Origin: Bythopirellula sp.
GTDB lineage: Bacteria > Planctomycetota > Planctomycetia > Pirellulales > Lacipirellulaceae
Reading direction: 5' to 3'
Assembly: GCA_965216565.1 (NCBI GenBank)
Contig: OZ244170.1
Location: 4,352,001 to 4,416,000, forward strand
DNA length: 64,000 nt
Shown: piece after piece, positions 36,757 to 45,821 of the stretch
How the letters are laid out: each line of letters begins with the position of its first letter
How positions within the stretch are numbered: the first letter of the stretch is position 1
Notes under the pieces: model-generated
Database searches by the model: none
The model's input: the letters and a program-made list of their open reading frames with translations, nothing else
Told to the model about the DNA's origin: nothing
Position numbers and translations under genes: made by a program

Positions 36757-39024
36757 CTAATCATTCGCGTACACGCGGATATTGTCCACATAAATCTCGC
36801 CCACTTCCGACTTGCCAAATAGTCCAGGACTGCCGTGCAAGTGGGGCAAGTCATCCACCATTTCGATGGTCCATTCCTCAGGTTCCTCCTGGTTGCGGGG
36901 CCAGAGTTTGCCGCGGACAGTAGCCTGCATTTCTTGGGGATCAACACGAAGCTTCATGGTGTACCAGGTTCCAGGCTGAGGTTGAAAATCCACCGAGGCA
37001 AACGTGCGATAGTCGTGCGGACTCCAGCTATACAGGCGAAGCTCGCCAGTCGAAGACCGCACCGTCATCGAGTAGCGGCTATTGGTCAGCCCGTAGTCGG
37101 GCATTTTGCCGTTATCTTCTTGGGCTGAGAAATCACCCTGAATTGTGTAGTTGGATAAATCAGTGGGTCCCATCGAGAGCTGGCTGCGTGTGCCAAGCTT
37201 ATTGCTGGGATTCTTGGGCGTAGGGAGCACGTCGCGCTTGACCGCAATCTTGTTGCCATCCTGTTCGCGAACGACATAGCGTACCCGCCCACCAATCCAA
37301 GTGAGCGGCACTTTGTCTTTTTGCTCAAAATCAAAACTCCAAGGCAGTGGTGGTACAACTCGGATGCGAGCAGTATTTGTGATGTCGCCCAAGTTGACCC
37401 TCACAACTGCAGTATCGTGCGATGAACTCTCTGGTGCTTTATAGATGCCCGACTCTGAAATAGTGCCCACTCCGTCAACGCTGAAGTTGGCCTCAGCCAG
37501 CGATACATCTTCCAGCAACTGACCCCTCGCGTTGAAAACACGCACCTTATAATTGACGGACTCGCCAGGCGCAAGCAACACATCGTACGGTACGATTTGC
37601 AGTTGGGCTGGGGTTGTATCTTCTGAAACAGCAGATTCATGGGTAGGAGATGGCAGGGACTGGGTTGTCTTCTCCGAATTCTCGTTTCCTAGACAGTACA
37701 ACGCAGCAGAAGTCGGTAGATAAATACGGCCCTCAGCAGCAATCGGCGAACCGTCGCTGGCTTCGCCCTTCAGTCGCTCTTTGTGCAAAATCTTCACCTT
37801 CTTGTCATCCACTTGCAGGATGTACCAGCGACCGTTGTTCGTGCAGGTGTAAATCTTGCCGTCGGCCACCAAAGGTGTGCTTCGCATGGCGGTGCCGAGG
37901 CCTTTCTTCACGATCTGCTTGCCAGTCTCTGGATCGAGCAAATACATCTTGGCCCGATCGTCGACTACACAGAGCTTTCCGTCGACCATCACGGGCGAGC
38001 TCTTCCCGACCATCAGTTGGTAGCGGATCCACTTTTCTTTCCCGGCCAACTTGCCGGACATAGATCCATCGAGCGCTACCACGGCTCCCATGGTATTGCC
38101 GACTACATTCTCCTCACTATGTCCGGCGTACACAGTGTCGCCAACGACTAGGGGAGAGGTGTTGATTCCCCGTCGCGAAAGCGGATAGTGCCAAATGTGC
38201 TTGCCCGTGCGAGGTTGCATCGCCCATACTTGCCCGTCACCCGAGCCGAAAACGAGGGCCGCTTGTCCGCCCAAAACACACACAGTTGGCGTACTGTAAG
38301 TCGTGTCGTAGGGAGAGATCCTCGTGCCATTGAGCCAGCGGATTTCCCCGGTGCTCTTGTCGAAGGCCATAAAGCGGTGGGCCGGCTTGGCTAGAAAATC
38401 GTACTTTGGCGAATCGCCCCAACCAACGACCACGGCACTGGTAATCACCAGGTCCTCGAATATCACCGGCACATTGGTCCGACCGCCATACGTATTGATG
38501 AGCCCAAATTCCTCGAGCAGGCTGCGTTCCCATACTAAGTCTCCGGTATCGCCTTCCAAGCAGCAGAAGTAGCCGCACACGCTTTGCACGTAGACCCGGC
38601 CCGTATCTGGATCGCCCGCACAGCACGACCAGCCAACGCGCGTGTCGGGAACTTCGCACAGATAGATGTTGATCCGCCGCTCCCATACGAGTTTTCCGGT
38701 TGCGGCATTTATACAGACGACTTTTTCAGATTCGGTCGGCGTTCCTGCTCTGTCGCGGACAATCGTATAGAGTCGTCCGTCGAAAACAATGGGAGTAGAC
38801 CGCCCGCCCAGGTCGTCTCTTTTCCAAATGAGGTTGCTGCCCTCGCCCCCTTCGGGTTCCCATTCTTCGATCAAACCCTGCTCGTTCGACGAGTTGTTCT
38901 GTTGCGGACCACGCCAATGAGCCCACGGTGCAGAGTCTTCAGCTTCTAGGAGGTTTGGGGCCAACAGCAAGAAGAAGGCACATGACCCAGCCAGCAGGTT
39001 TCTGTTTGCCAGACGCAATTGCAT
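36757..39024 (-). CDS. PQQ-like beta-propeller with Ig-like and lectin-like C-terminal domains
   Basis: Signal peptide, WAHWRGP, RSTP, TGxxxW blades; C-terminal YTIQGDF...WYTMKL...GSPGLFG...YVDNI. Confidence 0.88.
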   Translation of the reverse strand: MQLRLANRNLLAGSCAFFLLLAPNLLEAEDSAPWAHWRGPQQNNSSNEQGLIEEWEPEGGEGSNLIWKRDDLGGRSTPIVFDGRLYTIVRDRAGTPTESEKVVCINAATGKLVWERRINIYLCEVPDTRVGWSCCAGDPDTGRVYVQSVCGYFCCLEGDTGDLVWERSLLEEFGLINTYGGRTNVPVIFEDLVITSAVVVGWGDSPKYDFLAKPAHRFMAFDKSTGEIRWLNGTRISPYDTTYSTPTVCVLGGQAALVFGSGDGQVWAMQPRTGKHIWHYPLSRRGINTSPLVVGDTVYAGHSEENVVGNTMGAVVALDGSMSGKLAGKEKWIRYQLMVGKSSPVMVDGKLCVVDDRAKMYLLDPETGKQIVKKGLGTAMRSTPLVADGKIYTCTNNGRWYILQVDDKKVKILHKERLKGEASDGSPIAAEGRIYLPTSAALYCLGNENSEKTTQSLPSPTHESAVSEDTTPAQLQIVPYDVLLAPGESVNYKVRVFNARGQLLEDVSLAEANFSVDGVGTISESGIYKAPESSSHDTAVVRVNLGDITNTARIRVVPPLPWSFDFEQKDKVPLTWIGGRVRYVVREQDGNKIAVKRDVLPTPKNPSNKLGTRSQLSMGPTDLSNYTIQGDFSAQEDNGKMPDYGLTNSRYSMTVRSSTGELRLYSWSPHDYRTFASVDFQPQPGTWYTMKLRVDPQEMQATVRGKLWPRNQEEPEEWTIEMVDDLPHLHGSPGLFGKSEVGEIYVDNIRVYAND

Positions 39025-39448
39025 TTAAAGGACCTCAAGCGATAGCAGGATATTGGGCGGGAAGGTAGTTTCTGACCGATTTGAGGACCTGATCAGAAGG
39101 TGGGTTGGTCGTAGTTGGTGGGGCTAATGTAGCAAGAGGCAACGCGGAGCTTGGTAAGGTATGCCGCTCAGGTAGCTTTTGCTTGTTTGGCAGACTTGTC
39201 TTATAGGCCGCTTCCGTGAACTGCAATAGACAGTTTCGTCCTCGCGACTTGCCGACTGCAAATTGAACGAAACAAGGGCTGGGGACTAGACTTACGGTCT
39301 TTCAGCATAGCAAATTTGAAGTCAGATCTCTATGAGCAGATCCGTGTTTTCCCCGCTTACAACCATCACCAGCGAAATTGCTTCTGTGGCCGTTAAAGCT
39401 TACCTAACGATTGACCTAAACCACTTGCTGAAAAATACTTCTGTGCAC

Positions 39449-39476
39449 TCAAGGCACATTGTTGATAGGACCGATA
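39449..39476 (+). promoter_or_regulatory. Putative sigma28-like promoter TCAAG-N16-ACCGATA
   Basis: Matches the motif and spacing at the fliN-like gene; ~310 bp upstream of the Cys-rich gene. Confidence 0.4.
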
Positions 39477-39786
39477 CGAACTGATGTCGCAAGCAGAGCT
39501 TTGCGGCGCACCACTGTTAAGCGCGTCGATAAACCGGCCTGTACTGAATCGAGTCATGGATTGGCTCGACTGGTGTTGACGCCTGACCGTGGGGACACGA
39601 AAGCAAACCCCCCTTTGAACATCCGGCCCCCCCGGATCACCTACCTTCCCCCCCGCAATACATGTAGGCCCGCTGCCTACGCTCACGTCATCTCGACCAC
39701 CCATGGAAGGTGTGGAGATTCTCGCCGGATAGGACTCAGGTGCTTTTTTTGCACGTTGGTCCCCAACGAATAGGAGACGTTATTCG

Positions 39787-41178
39787 ATGAAGTGGAATCT
39801 ATTGGGAGCGCTCATCTTTAGCGTGTGTCTCACAGGCCAGAGCTTCGGATTTGGTTTGTTAGACACAATGCTTGGGAGCGGATGTGGATGCGACTCTTGT
39901 GAGCCGCAATGTTGTTGTGAGAAATCATGTGGATGTGCAGACGACTGCTGCGGAAATGGTTGCTGTGGCGACAATTGCTGTGGTAACGGTTGCTGCGAAG
40001 CCAGCTGTGGCTGTTGCGACAACGGATGCTGTGAAGCTTCCTGTGGTTGCTGCGATTCTTGCTGCTGCTGCAAGAAGAAGCGTTCTTGCTTCTTGAGCCG
40101 TCTGTTCGAGCGTAAGAGCAAGTGCTGCTGCGAAGCTTCTTGCGGATGCTGTGGCGACGACTGCTGTGGTAACGGTTGCTGTGGCGACGACTGCTGCGGA
40201 AATGGTTGCTGTGGCGACAATTGCTGTGGCAACGGTTGCTGCGAAGCCAGCTGTGGCTGCTGTGACAACGGATGCTGTGAAGCTTCCTGTGGTTGCTGCG
40301 ACTCCGGTTGCTGCTGCTGCAAGAAGAAGCGATCTTGCTTCTTGAGCCGTCTGTTCGAGCGTAAGAACAAGTGCTGCTGCGAAGCTTCTTGCGGATGCTG
40401 TGGCGACGACTGCTGTGGTAACGGTTGCTGTGGCGACGATTGCTGCGGAAATGGTTGCTGTGGCGACAATTGCTGTGGTAACGGTTGCTGCGAAGCTAGC
40501 TGTGGCTGCTGCGACAACGGATGCTGTGAAGCTTCCTGTGGTTGCTGCGACTCCGGTTGCTGCTGCTGCAAGAAGAAGCGATCTTGCTTCTTGAGCCGTC
40601 TGTTCGAGCGTAAGAACAAGTGCTGCTGCGAAGCTTCTTGCGGATGCTGTGGCGACAACTGCTGTGGTAACGGTTGCTGTGGCGAAGCTTGCTGCGGATG
40701 TGCCGATGACTGCTGCTGCGGAAATGGTTGCTGTGGCGACAACTGCTGTGGTAACGGTTGCTGCGAAGCTAGCTGTGGCTGCTGCGACAACGGATGCTGT
40801 GAAGCTTCCTGTGGTTGCTGCGACTCTGGTTGCTGCTGCTGCAAGAAGAAGCGTTCTTGCTTCTTGAGCAAGCTGTTCCAGCGTAAGAGCAAGTGCTGCT
40901 GCTGCGAAGCTTCTTGCGGATGCTGTGGCGACAACTGCTGCGGCAACGGTTGCTGCGAAGCCAGCTGTGGATGCTGCGGCGACGGCTGCTGTGGTGACAA
41001 CTGCTGTGGCAACGGATGTTGCGACGGTGGTTCGATGGAATCGGCTCCAGTCGAGTCCGCCGAGCCAGAAGAAGCTGCCAGTGCTCAAGCTTCTCCAATC
41101 CCACCTGCACCGTCGGCCAGCCCGAATGCTCGGATTGCCCAACCTCGCAAGGTGGTTAGCGCTAGCTTCGTTCGCTAA
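39787..41178 (+). CDS. Secreted ultra-Cys-rich tandem-repeat protein
   Basis: AGGAGA RBS, signal peptide MKWNLLGALIFSVCLTGQSFG, CCG/CCEASCG repeats with 4 KKKRSCFLS(R/K)LF spacers, Pro/Ala/Glu-rich tail, strong terminator. Confidence 0.88.
   Translation: MKWNLLGALIFSVCLTGQSFGFGLLDTMLGSGCGCDSCEPQCCCEKSCGCADDCCGNGCCGDNCCGNGCCEASCGCCDNGCCEASCGCCDSCCCCKKKRSCFLSRLFERKSKCCCEASCGCCGDDCCGNGCCGDDCCGNGCCGDNCCGNGCCEASCGCCDNGCCEASCGCCDSGCCCCKKKRSCFLSRLFERKNKCCCEASCGCCGDDCCGNGCCGDDCCGNGCCGDNCCGNGCCEASCGCCDNGCCEASCGCCDSGCCCCKKKRSCFLSRLFERKNKCCCEASCGCCGDNCCGNGCCGEACCGCADDCCCGNGCCGDNCCGNGCCEASCGCCDNGCCEASCGCCDSGCCCCKKKRSCFLSKLFQRKSKCCCCEASCGCCGDNCCGNGCCEASCGCCGDGCCGDNCCGNGCCDGGSMESAPVESAEPEEAASAQASPIPPAPSASPNARIAQPRKVVSASFVR
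39940..41025 (+). repeat. Intragenic tandem repeats (periods 249, 249, 273 bp) built from 30-bp sub-repeats
   Basis: AAGAAGAAGCG at 40072, 40321, 40570, 40843; GAC(G/A)ACTGCTGTGGTAACGGTTGCTGTGGC sub-units. Confidence 0.95.
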
Positions 41179-41220
41179 GACACGAGACTAGACAAAGGGA
41201 TTCAAACGATTCCCCCTCTG

Positions 41221-41263
41221 AGGACCTGTCTCGGGCTTTCGGGCTCGGGGCAGGTTCTTTTTT
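41221..41263 (+). terminator. Rho-independent terminator
   Basis: GACCTGTCTCGGGC...GCTCGGGGCAGGTT followed by a T-run. Confidence 0.8.
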
Positions 41264-41413
41264 CGTAGAAGTTGGTTGTTAATCGTCGGTTGTAAGTTGT
41301 CACTGGACAGAAGCTAGCAATCTGAACTAACAAACTGTTTAAAACGTAATAGCATCGGTGGGGCAACTCTAGCTGACCAATCCTTCTCGGCTCTTTTCTC
41401 TTGGAGAATATTC

Positions 41414-42289
41414 ATGCGGAACCCCCATCGCAGTTTGCAGAGTCGAGGGATGATTTCGTGGCCGGCGTTTGCCTTGCTCATGAGCGGGACTGTGTGTCTG
41501 GCACAACTCTATTCGCAGAATTTGACCCCACGGCCACGCCCCGCCAGCGAAACACCATTGGCCGATACGGCCCGCAACGCCTTGGCTTGGTCCTTTGCTC
41601 GACTTATCCGAGATGCTATCCCGGCAGAGTACGAGAAAAAGAAAGATTGGGGGCGTCGGAAAAACATAACCGTTGGAGTGCGGGCCGATGGGTTAAAACT
41701 CGAGCGCCGCAAAAAACCGGTCAAACATGGTGTTTGGAAACATTATGTTGTGAAGTTAGTTGAGCCGGAGGAGAATCTCTCTGTGGCAATCAATGATCTC
41801 CGTTCGATCGACCAAGGCCGCATGGCATTCAAGCTTGTGCTTTCTGCCAAGCTCGATCTTTGGGCCCGGGCAAAGACCTATCAGTATGGGGTGCACATCA
41901 TTGCCCTCGAAGCGACCGGCAGAACCGACCTCGAATTGGAACTAGATTGCGAAGTAGGCGTGGGCGTCGTGCCAGAAAATGGGAAATCCAACGCAGTGCT
42001 TGATCCTAGGGTCGTAGATTCAAAACTGAACCTCAAGGGATTCCGTTTGAATCGCATCAGCAACGCCAAAGGGCCCTTGGTGCGAGAGATTGGCGAAGAA
42101 ATTCACGATCTCATCGAGAAGGAGCTGCGTGGCAAGAAACTAACAGCCAAGCTCAATAAGTCGATCGATAAGAAACGTGACCGACTGCAATTTACCTTGC
42201 CGGCATTCTTGAATTCGTCGTGGTGGCCCCTGGCAAGCTTGCCAAAAGTCGAAGATGCTCTGGAACAAGAAAAATCACTCTATCGCTAA
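41414..42289 (+). CDS. Hypothetical exported protein
   Basis: 291-aa ORF, GGAG RBS, N-terminal hydrophobic segment; YEKKKDWG...HGVWKHY. Confidence 0.7.
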   Translation: MRNPHRSLQSRGMISWPAFALLMSGTVCLAQLYSQNLTPRPRPASETPLADTARNALAWSFARLIRDAIPAEYEKKKDWGRRKNITVGVRADGLKLERRKKPVKHGVWKHYVVKLVEPEENLSVAINDLRSIDQGRMAFKLVLSAKLDLWARAKTYQYGVHIIALEATGRTDLELELDCEVGVGVVPENGKSNAVLDPRVVDSKLNLKGFRLNRISNAKGPLVREIGEEIHDLIEKELRGKKLTAKLNKSIDKKRDRLQFTLPAFLNSSWWPLASLPKVEDALEQEKSLYR

Positions 42290-42351
42290 CCGGAAACGTT
42301 AGCGCCTGGATTGGTTCGGAGGCTGACGCCACCCGGCTAGCTGGACTGAAA

Positions 42352-43188
42352 TCAGCTTGCCTTCTTACCACCGATCTTTAAAAAGTGCTCTTCAGGCAGC
42401 AGCATCGAGATCACTCGGAAGCCAAATTTGTCACCCACCTTCACCGCTTCCCCTTCAGCGACGGCTTGCTCGGCGACTCGCATTTCCAGTAACTGATCAC
42501 AAGCCTTTTCGAATTTGATGAGTGTTCCAGGCGACATCTCAACAACATCTTTCAACGTTTCCTTGCGCGAAGCCAGAACAACCCGCACGGGCACCTGCAC
42601 TTTCAGCAAGCTGCGCGAATAGGGCGGCAATTCCGAAAAGCTCTTGGGGATCTTTCTGGGCTGGCCCACGTTCTCTGAGTCGTCCTGCAGCAGTTTTTCA
42701 GGAAAGTTCAGTGGCCAGATCAAGCTAATCTGCCCCGACTTTTCGCCCTGTGTAAGTTCCAGGGGCATCAACGATGCGTCTTTGGCGACCTTCGCCGAAT
42801 CGAGCGCCTTATCGATGTGTGGGACGTAGCCAGACTGGTAAGATTGGATTTTTAATGCTTCAGGAAGAAATACCTTGCCCAACTCCTGAGCAAGAGTGTC
42901 TAGCTTCGCAGTGCCGGTGGCGTCGGGGCTACTTACCCAGTCGGGTAGAAGCCCAGAACTTGCCGGGATTATCGCAACCGCACTTGTTTCTTCTGTATTC
43001 ATCAGCAACGCCAGGCCACCAGCGACAAAGCCATCTGGCACGGCACTCGCCGAATAGGTGGTTGCCTCGCCTACCGTCACTTTGAAATCGCCCTCAAACG
43101 CCCGCCCGCACGCACCGGCAGCTTCGTCGGCACCTGCTTGACAGGTCTCGAGAACGGCTTCCACGATCTCTGGGTTTAAATCACTCAT
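42352..43188 (-). CDS. FliM/FliN-family flagellar motor switch protein (C-terminal SpoA domain)
   Basis: LLKVQVPVRVVLA...PGTLIKFEK...VAEGEAVKVGDKFGFRV. Confidence 0.85.
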   Translation of the reverse strand: MSDLNPEIVEAVLETCQAGADEAAGACGRAFEGDFKVTVGEATTYSASAVPDGFVAGGLALLMNTEETSAVAIIPASSGLLPDWVSSPDATGTAKLDTLAQELGKVFLPEALKIQSYQSGYVPHIDKALDSAKVAKDASLMPLELTQGEKSGQISLIWPLNFPEKLLQDDSENVGQPRKIPKSFSELPPYSRSLLKVQVPVRVVLASRKETLKDVVEMSPGTLIKFEKACDQLLEMRVAEQAVAEGEAVKVGDKFGFRVISMLLPEEHFLKIGGKKAS

Positions 43189-43258
43189 CCGATTTCGGCG
43201 CTCTAGCTCTGCGGCTCAAAGGGTGGCCCACACAATACGTGGCAGACTCATCGAGTGA

Positions 43259-43286
43259 TATCGGCAGGAGTTGCCGTCAAACTTTG
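43259..43286 (-). promoter_or_regulatory. Putative sigma28 (FliA) promoter CAAAG-N16-GCCGATA
   Basis: GCCGATA is the classic sigma28 -10 core and lies upstream of a flagellar switch gene. Confidence 0.55.
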
Positions 43287-43343
43287 CCTAGTTCGTCGAG
43301 TCGTTTATTGCTGCTAGCAGTGCAACTGCCCTATAATTAGTTC

Positions 43344-44480
43344 ATGAGCACTGCAACCTCCTCCCCTCAGTTCGAATTGAAGCCTTACAAATCGCTGGAG
43401 AACGATGCCCTCGAGGCGCGAATCCAGGCGGTAAGAGACGAACTAGGTTCCAAACTTTTGATTCTTGGCCATCACTATCAACAAGACGAAGTGATCGCCA
43501 TGGCCGACCTGCGGGGCGATAGCTACAAGCTTAGCGAATTCGCCGCTGCTAGCAGCGAGTGCCGCTTCATCGCCTTCTGCGGCGTGCACTTTATGGCCGA
43601 GACGGCCGACATCCTGGCCAATCGTCCGGAAAAACTTGCCCAGCGCAGTGGCGAGCGGGTGCAGGTGATTCTGCCCGACATGGCCGCGGGCTGTTCCATG
43701 GCCGACATGGCAGCAATCGATCAGATTGAAGATGCGTGGGACCAATTGGGCGAAGTGATCGATACCGAGGACATCACGCCAGTTACCTACATCAACTCGG
43801 CTGCCAGCCTGAAGGCATTCGTGGGACGTCACGGGGGTATCGTCTGCACGTCGAGCAACGCCAAAGCCGCTATGGAGTGGGCGTTCGCACGCACAAGCCG
43901 GGTGATGTTCTTCCCCGATCAACACCTAGGTCGCAACACAGCGCTGGGCATGGACATCACCACAGACGAGATGCCGGTGTGGGATCCGTTTGCCGACGAA
44001 CTCGGCGGCAACGACGAAACGGAACTCAAGCGCAGCAAGGTGATTCTCTGGAAAGGCCATTGCAGCGTGCATCAAATGTTCAAGCCCGAGCATGTGGCCA
44101 TGTTCCGCGAGCAACACCCGGGCATCAAGATTCTGGTGCATCCAGAATGTCCACGCGAGGTGTTTGAGATGGCCGACGAAAGCGGCTCAACGGGCAAAAT
44201 CATCAAGGAAGTAGAGGCCGCCCCGCCCGGCACCAAGTGGGCCATTGGCACCGAACTTCATCTCGTGAACCGATTGAAGCAGGAACATCCCGAGCAAGAG
44301 ATTCACTTTCTTTCGCCGGTGGTCTGTATGTGCGCAACGATGTACCGCATCGATCTCGCGCACCTCTGTTGGAGTCTGGAAAATCTAGCTGCAGGAACTC
44401 CCGTCAACATCATTGAAGTCGACGAAGAGACGGCGAAGTGGTCGCTGGTTGCACTGGAGCGGATGCTCGAGGTGAAGTAG
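43344..44480 (+). CDS. nadA: Quinolinate synthase
   Basis: ILGHHYQ, FCGVHFMAET, AGCSMA, TYINSAA, CTSSNA, PDQHLGRN, CSVH, VHPEC, CATMYRI; TATAAT ends 6 nt before ATG (likely leaderless). Confidence 0.97.
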   Translation: MSTATSSPQFELKPYKSLENDALEARIQAVRDELGSKLLILGHHYQQDEVIAMADLRGDSYKLSEFAAASSECRFIAFCGVHFMAETADILANRPEKLAQRSGERVQVILPDMAAGCSMADMAAIDQIEDAWDQLGEVIDTEDITPVTYINSAASLKAFVGRHGGIVCTSSNAKAAMEWAFARTSRVMFFPDQHLGRNTALGMDITTDEMPVWDPFADELGGNDETELKRSKVILWKGHCSVHQMFKPEHVAMFREQHPGIKILVHPECPREVFEMADESGSTGKIIKEVEAAPPGTKWAIGTELHLVNRLKQEHPEQEIHFLSPVVCMCATMYRIDLAHLCWSLENLAAGTPVNIIEVDEETAKWSLVALERMLEVK

Positions 44481-44485
44481 ATTCT

Positions 44486-44512
44486 CGGCGAGTCTACGAC
44501 TCGCCGGAGCCC
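44486..44512 (+). repeat. REP palindrome (partial)
   Basis: cggcgagtctacgactcgccggagccc. Confidence 0.85.
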
Positions 44513-44517
44513 TTAGA

Positions 44518-44952
44518 TTAAGACACGACGCGAGCCTTAGCATAAGGCGCATCCACAACCGTCGCGCTGCTGCGTACCCCCTTCTTGTCTAGGTGCTTTT
44601 TCAACAGCGCGATGTTCATGTTATTCGCCTTATACATGGCATCGAACACGTCGCCTGCTAGGGGCACCGAACCGACCAACGAGTCCATTGCCACATTGCC
44701 GATCATCCGCGCGAGCACCCAGTTCGACGCACCTAATCTCTTCGCTTGGATGACAATCCAAGTAGAGAGTGCCGCAGAGATGGCGTCACCAATTCCAGGG
44801 ATGAGACCAACGATGGTATCCCAGCCAATCTTATAATTCGTGCCCGGCAACGTTATCGAACTATCTAGCCAAACGCTCAGCTTCTCGAGCTGTGCGAGCG
44901 TCCGACCCACGTCGGCGGGTTCGTTAAACCATTGTTCAAATCGAGTAAACAT
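44518..44952 (-). CDS. DUF4112 membrane protein
   Basis: WLDSSITLPGT...IGWDTIVGLIPGIGD...GSVPLAGDVFD...KAN; GAGG RBS before ATG 44952. Confidence 0.9.
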   Translation of the reverse strand: MFTRFEQWFNEPADVGRTLAQLEKLSVWLDSSITLPGTNYKIGWDTIVGLIPGIGDAISAALSTWIVIQAKRLGASNWVLARMIGNVAMDSLVGSVPLAGDVFDAMYKANNMNIALLKKHLDKKGVRSSATVVDAPYAKARVVS

Positions 44953-45106
44953 ATCCTCGTATCTGGCGGCAGTTGCAAAACTCATAAATCGGAAATCCTG
45001 GGGTCTTTGTTGTTTTTACGCAGTTCGACTGTGAATTGTTCTTCGCTGTTTGTTGGCGGATCTTGGGGAATTTCGCGTTATTTCTCAGAAATTCGCGAAA
45101 ACTGGG

Positions 45107-45200
45107 GGCCCCGGCGAGTCGTAGACTCGCGGCTAGTTGTTGAAACAAGCAGCGAACAAATTCAGAAATTGCAATAGCCGCGAGTCTACGACTCGCCGGG
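45107..45200. repeat. Inverted REP pair (REPIN) downstream of RAYT
   Basis: ccccggcgagtcgtagactcgcggcta (45107-45135) / tagccgcgagtctacgactcgccggg (45175-45200). Confidence 0.92.
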
Positions 45201-45674
45201 AGTTGGTTCGCCCTCGAACCACGTCACGCCACGATGACGAGGCAGGTAGCTAATCACTAAATACTCGAAATGGCGACGATCCTTCACCCGCTTGCGACTT
45301 CCTCCCTTGGAGAGCCACTTGCGTTGTTGAACCTTGTTTAGATCCAGAGTCATGCGACGTTTGATCGATTCGCTAACCCGCTGCCACGGTCTGTCATGCC
45401 GCCAGCTAATGAGGCAATGGATATGACTCGCGTCGCAAGCAACTCCACGAGTTTGCACGGATAGATATTTACAGCCGTCCAGAATTCCAAATAGAACTAA
45501 TTTCTGCACTTGCTCGCTAAACTCAACGATTGAGCCGTCAGCCAGATTCCGTCGGTAGCACTGCGCCATGTGAACATCCGCTGCCAGCACGCCTTGCTTT
45601 CGTCTAACATACCCTTTCTTGCGATCAGGCATCCATGAGCCGTAGGCGTGGTAGGTGAAGAGATAACACGGCAT
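45186..45674 (-). CDS. REP-associated HUH (Y1) tyrosine transposase (RAYT / TnpA-REP, IS200-like)
   Basis: YLFTYHAYGSW N-terminus, HUH motif HIH, KW...R..V...Y C-terminal region; identical palindromes on both sides. Confidence 0.82.
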   Translation of the reverse strand: MPCYLFTYHAYGSWMPDRKKGYVRRKQGVLAADVHMAQCYRRNLADGSIVEFSEQVQKLVLFGILDGCKYLSVQTRGVACDASHIHCLISWRHDRPWQRVSESIKRRMTLDLNKVQQRKWLSKGGSRKRVKDRRHFEYLVISYLPRHRGVTWFEGEPTPGES

Positions 45675-45681
45675 GGTTTCC

Positions 45682-45821
45682 CCCCGGCGAGTCGTAGACT
45701 CGCGGCTAGGGTAGAGTGGGATAATATACTAATGTACATTAGTATGGCAGATTGGGGAACGTCTTGCAATACTTCATGCATAGCTTCGAAGATAGCCGCG
45801 AGTCTACGACTCGCCGGGGCC
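45682..45821. repeat. Inverted REP pair (REPIN) upstream of RAYT enclosing a 20-bp perfect palindrome
   Basis: 45682-45708 and 45793-45821 inverted copies; ATACTAATGTACATTAGTAT at 45726-45745. Confidence 0.92.

Noticed and set aside
39940..41025. Possible CRISPR array
   Set aside because: Repeats are in-frame coding units with no unique spacers; no cas genes
39780..41142. Long antisense ORFs (410-aa Gln/Pro-rich, 405-aa Ala/Thr-rich) over the Cys-rich gene
   Set aside because: Shadows of TGC/TGT repeats; only the + frame has an RBS, signal peptide and terminator
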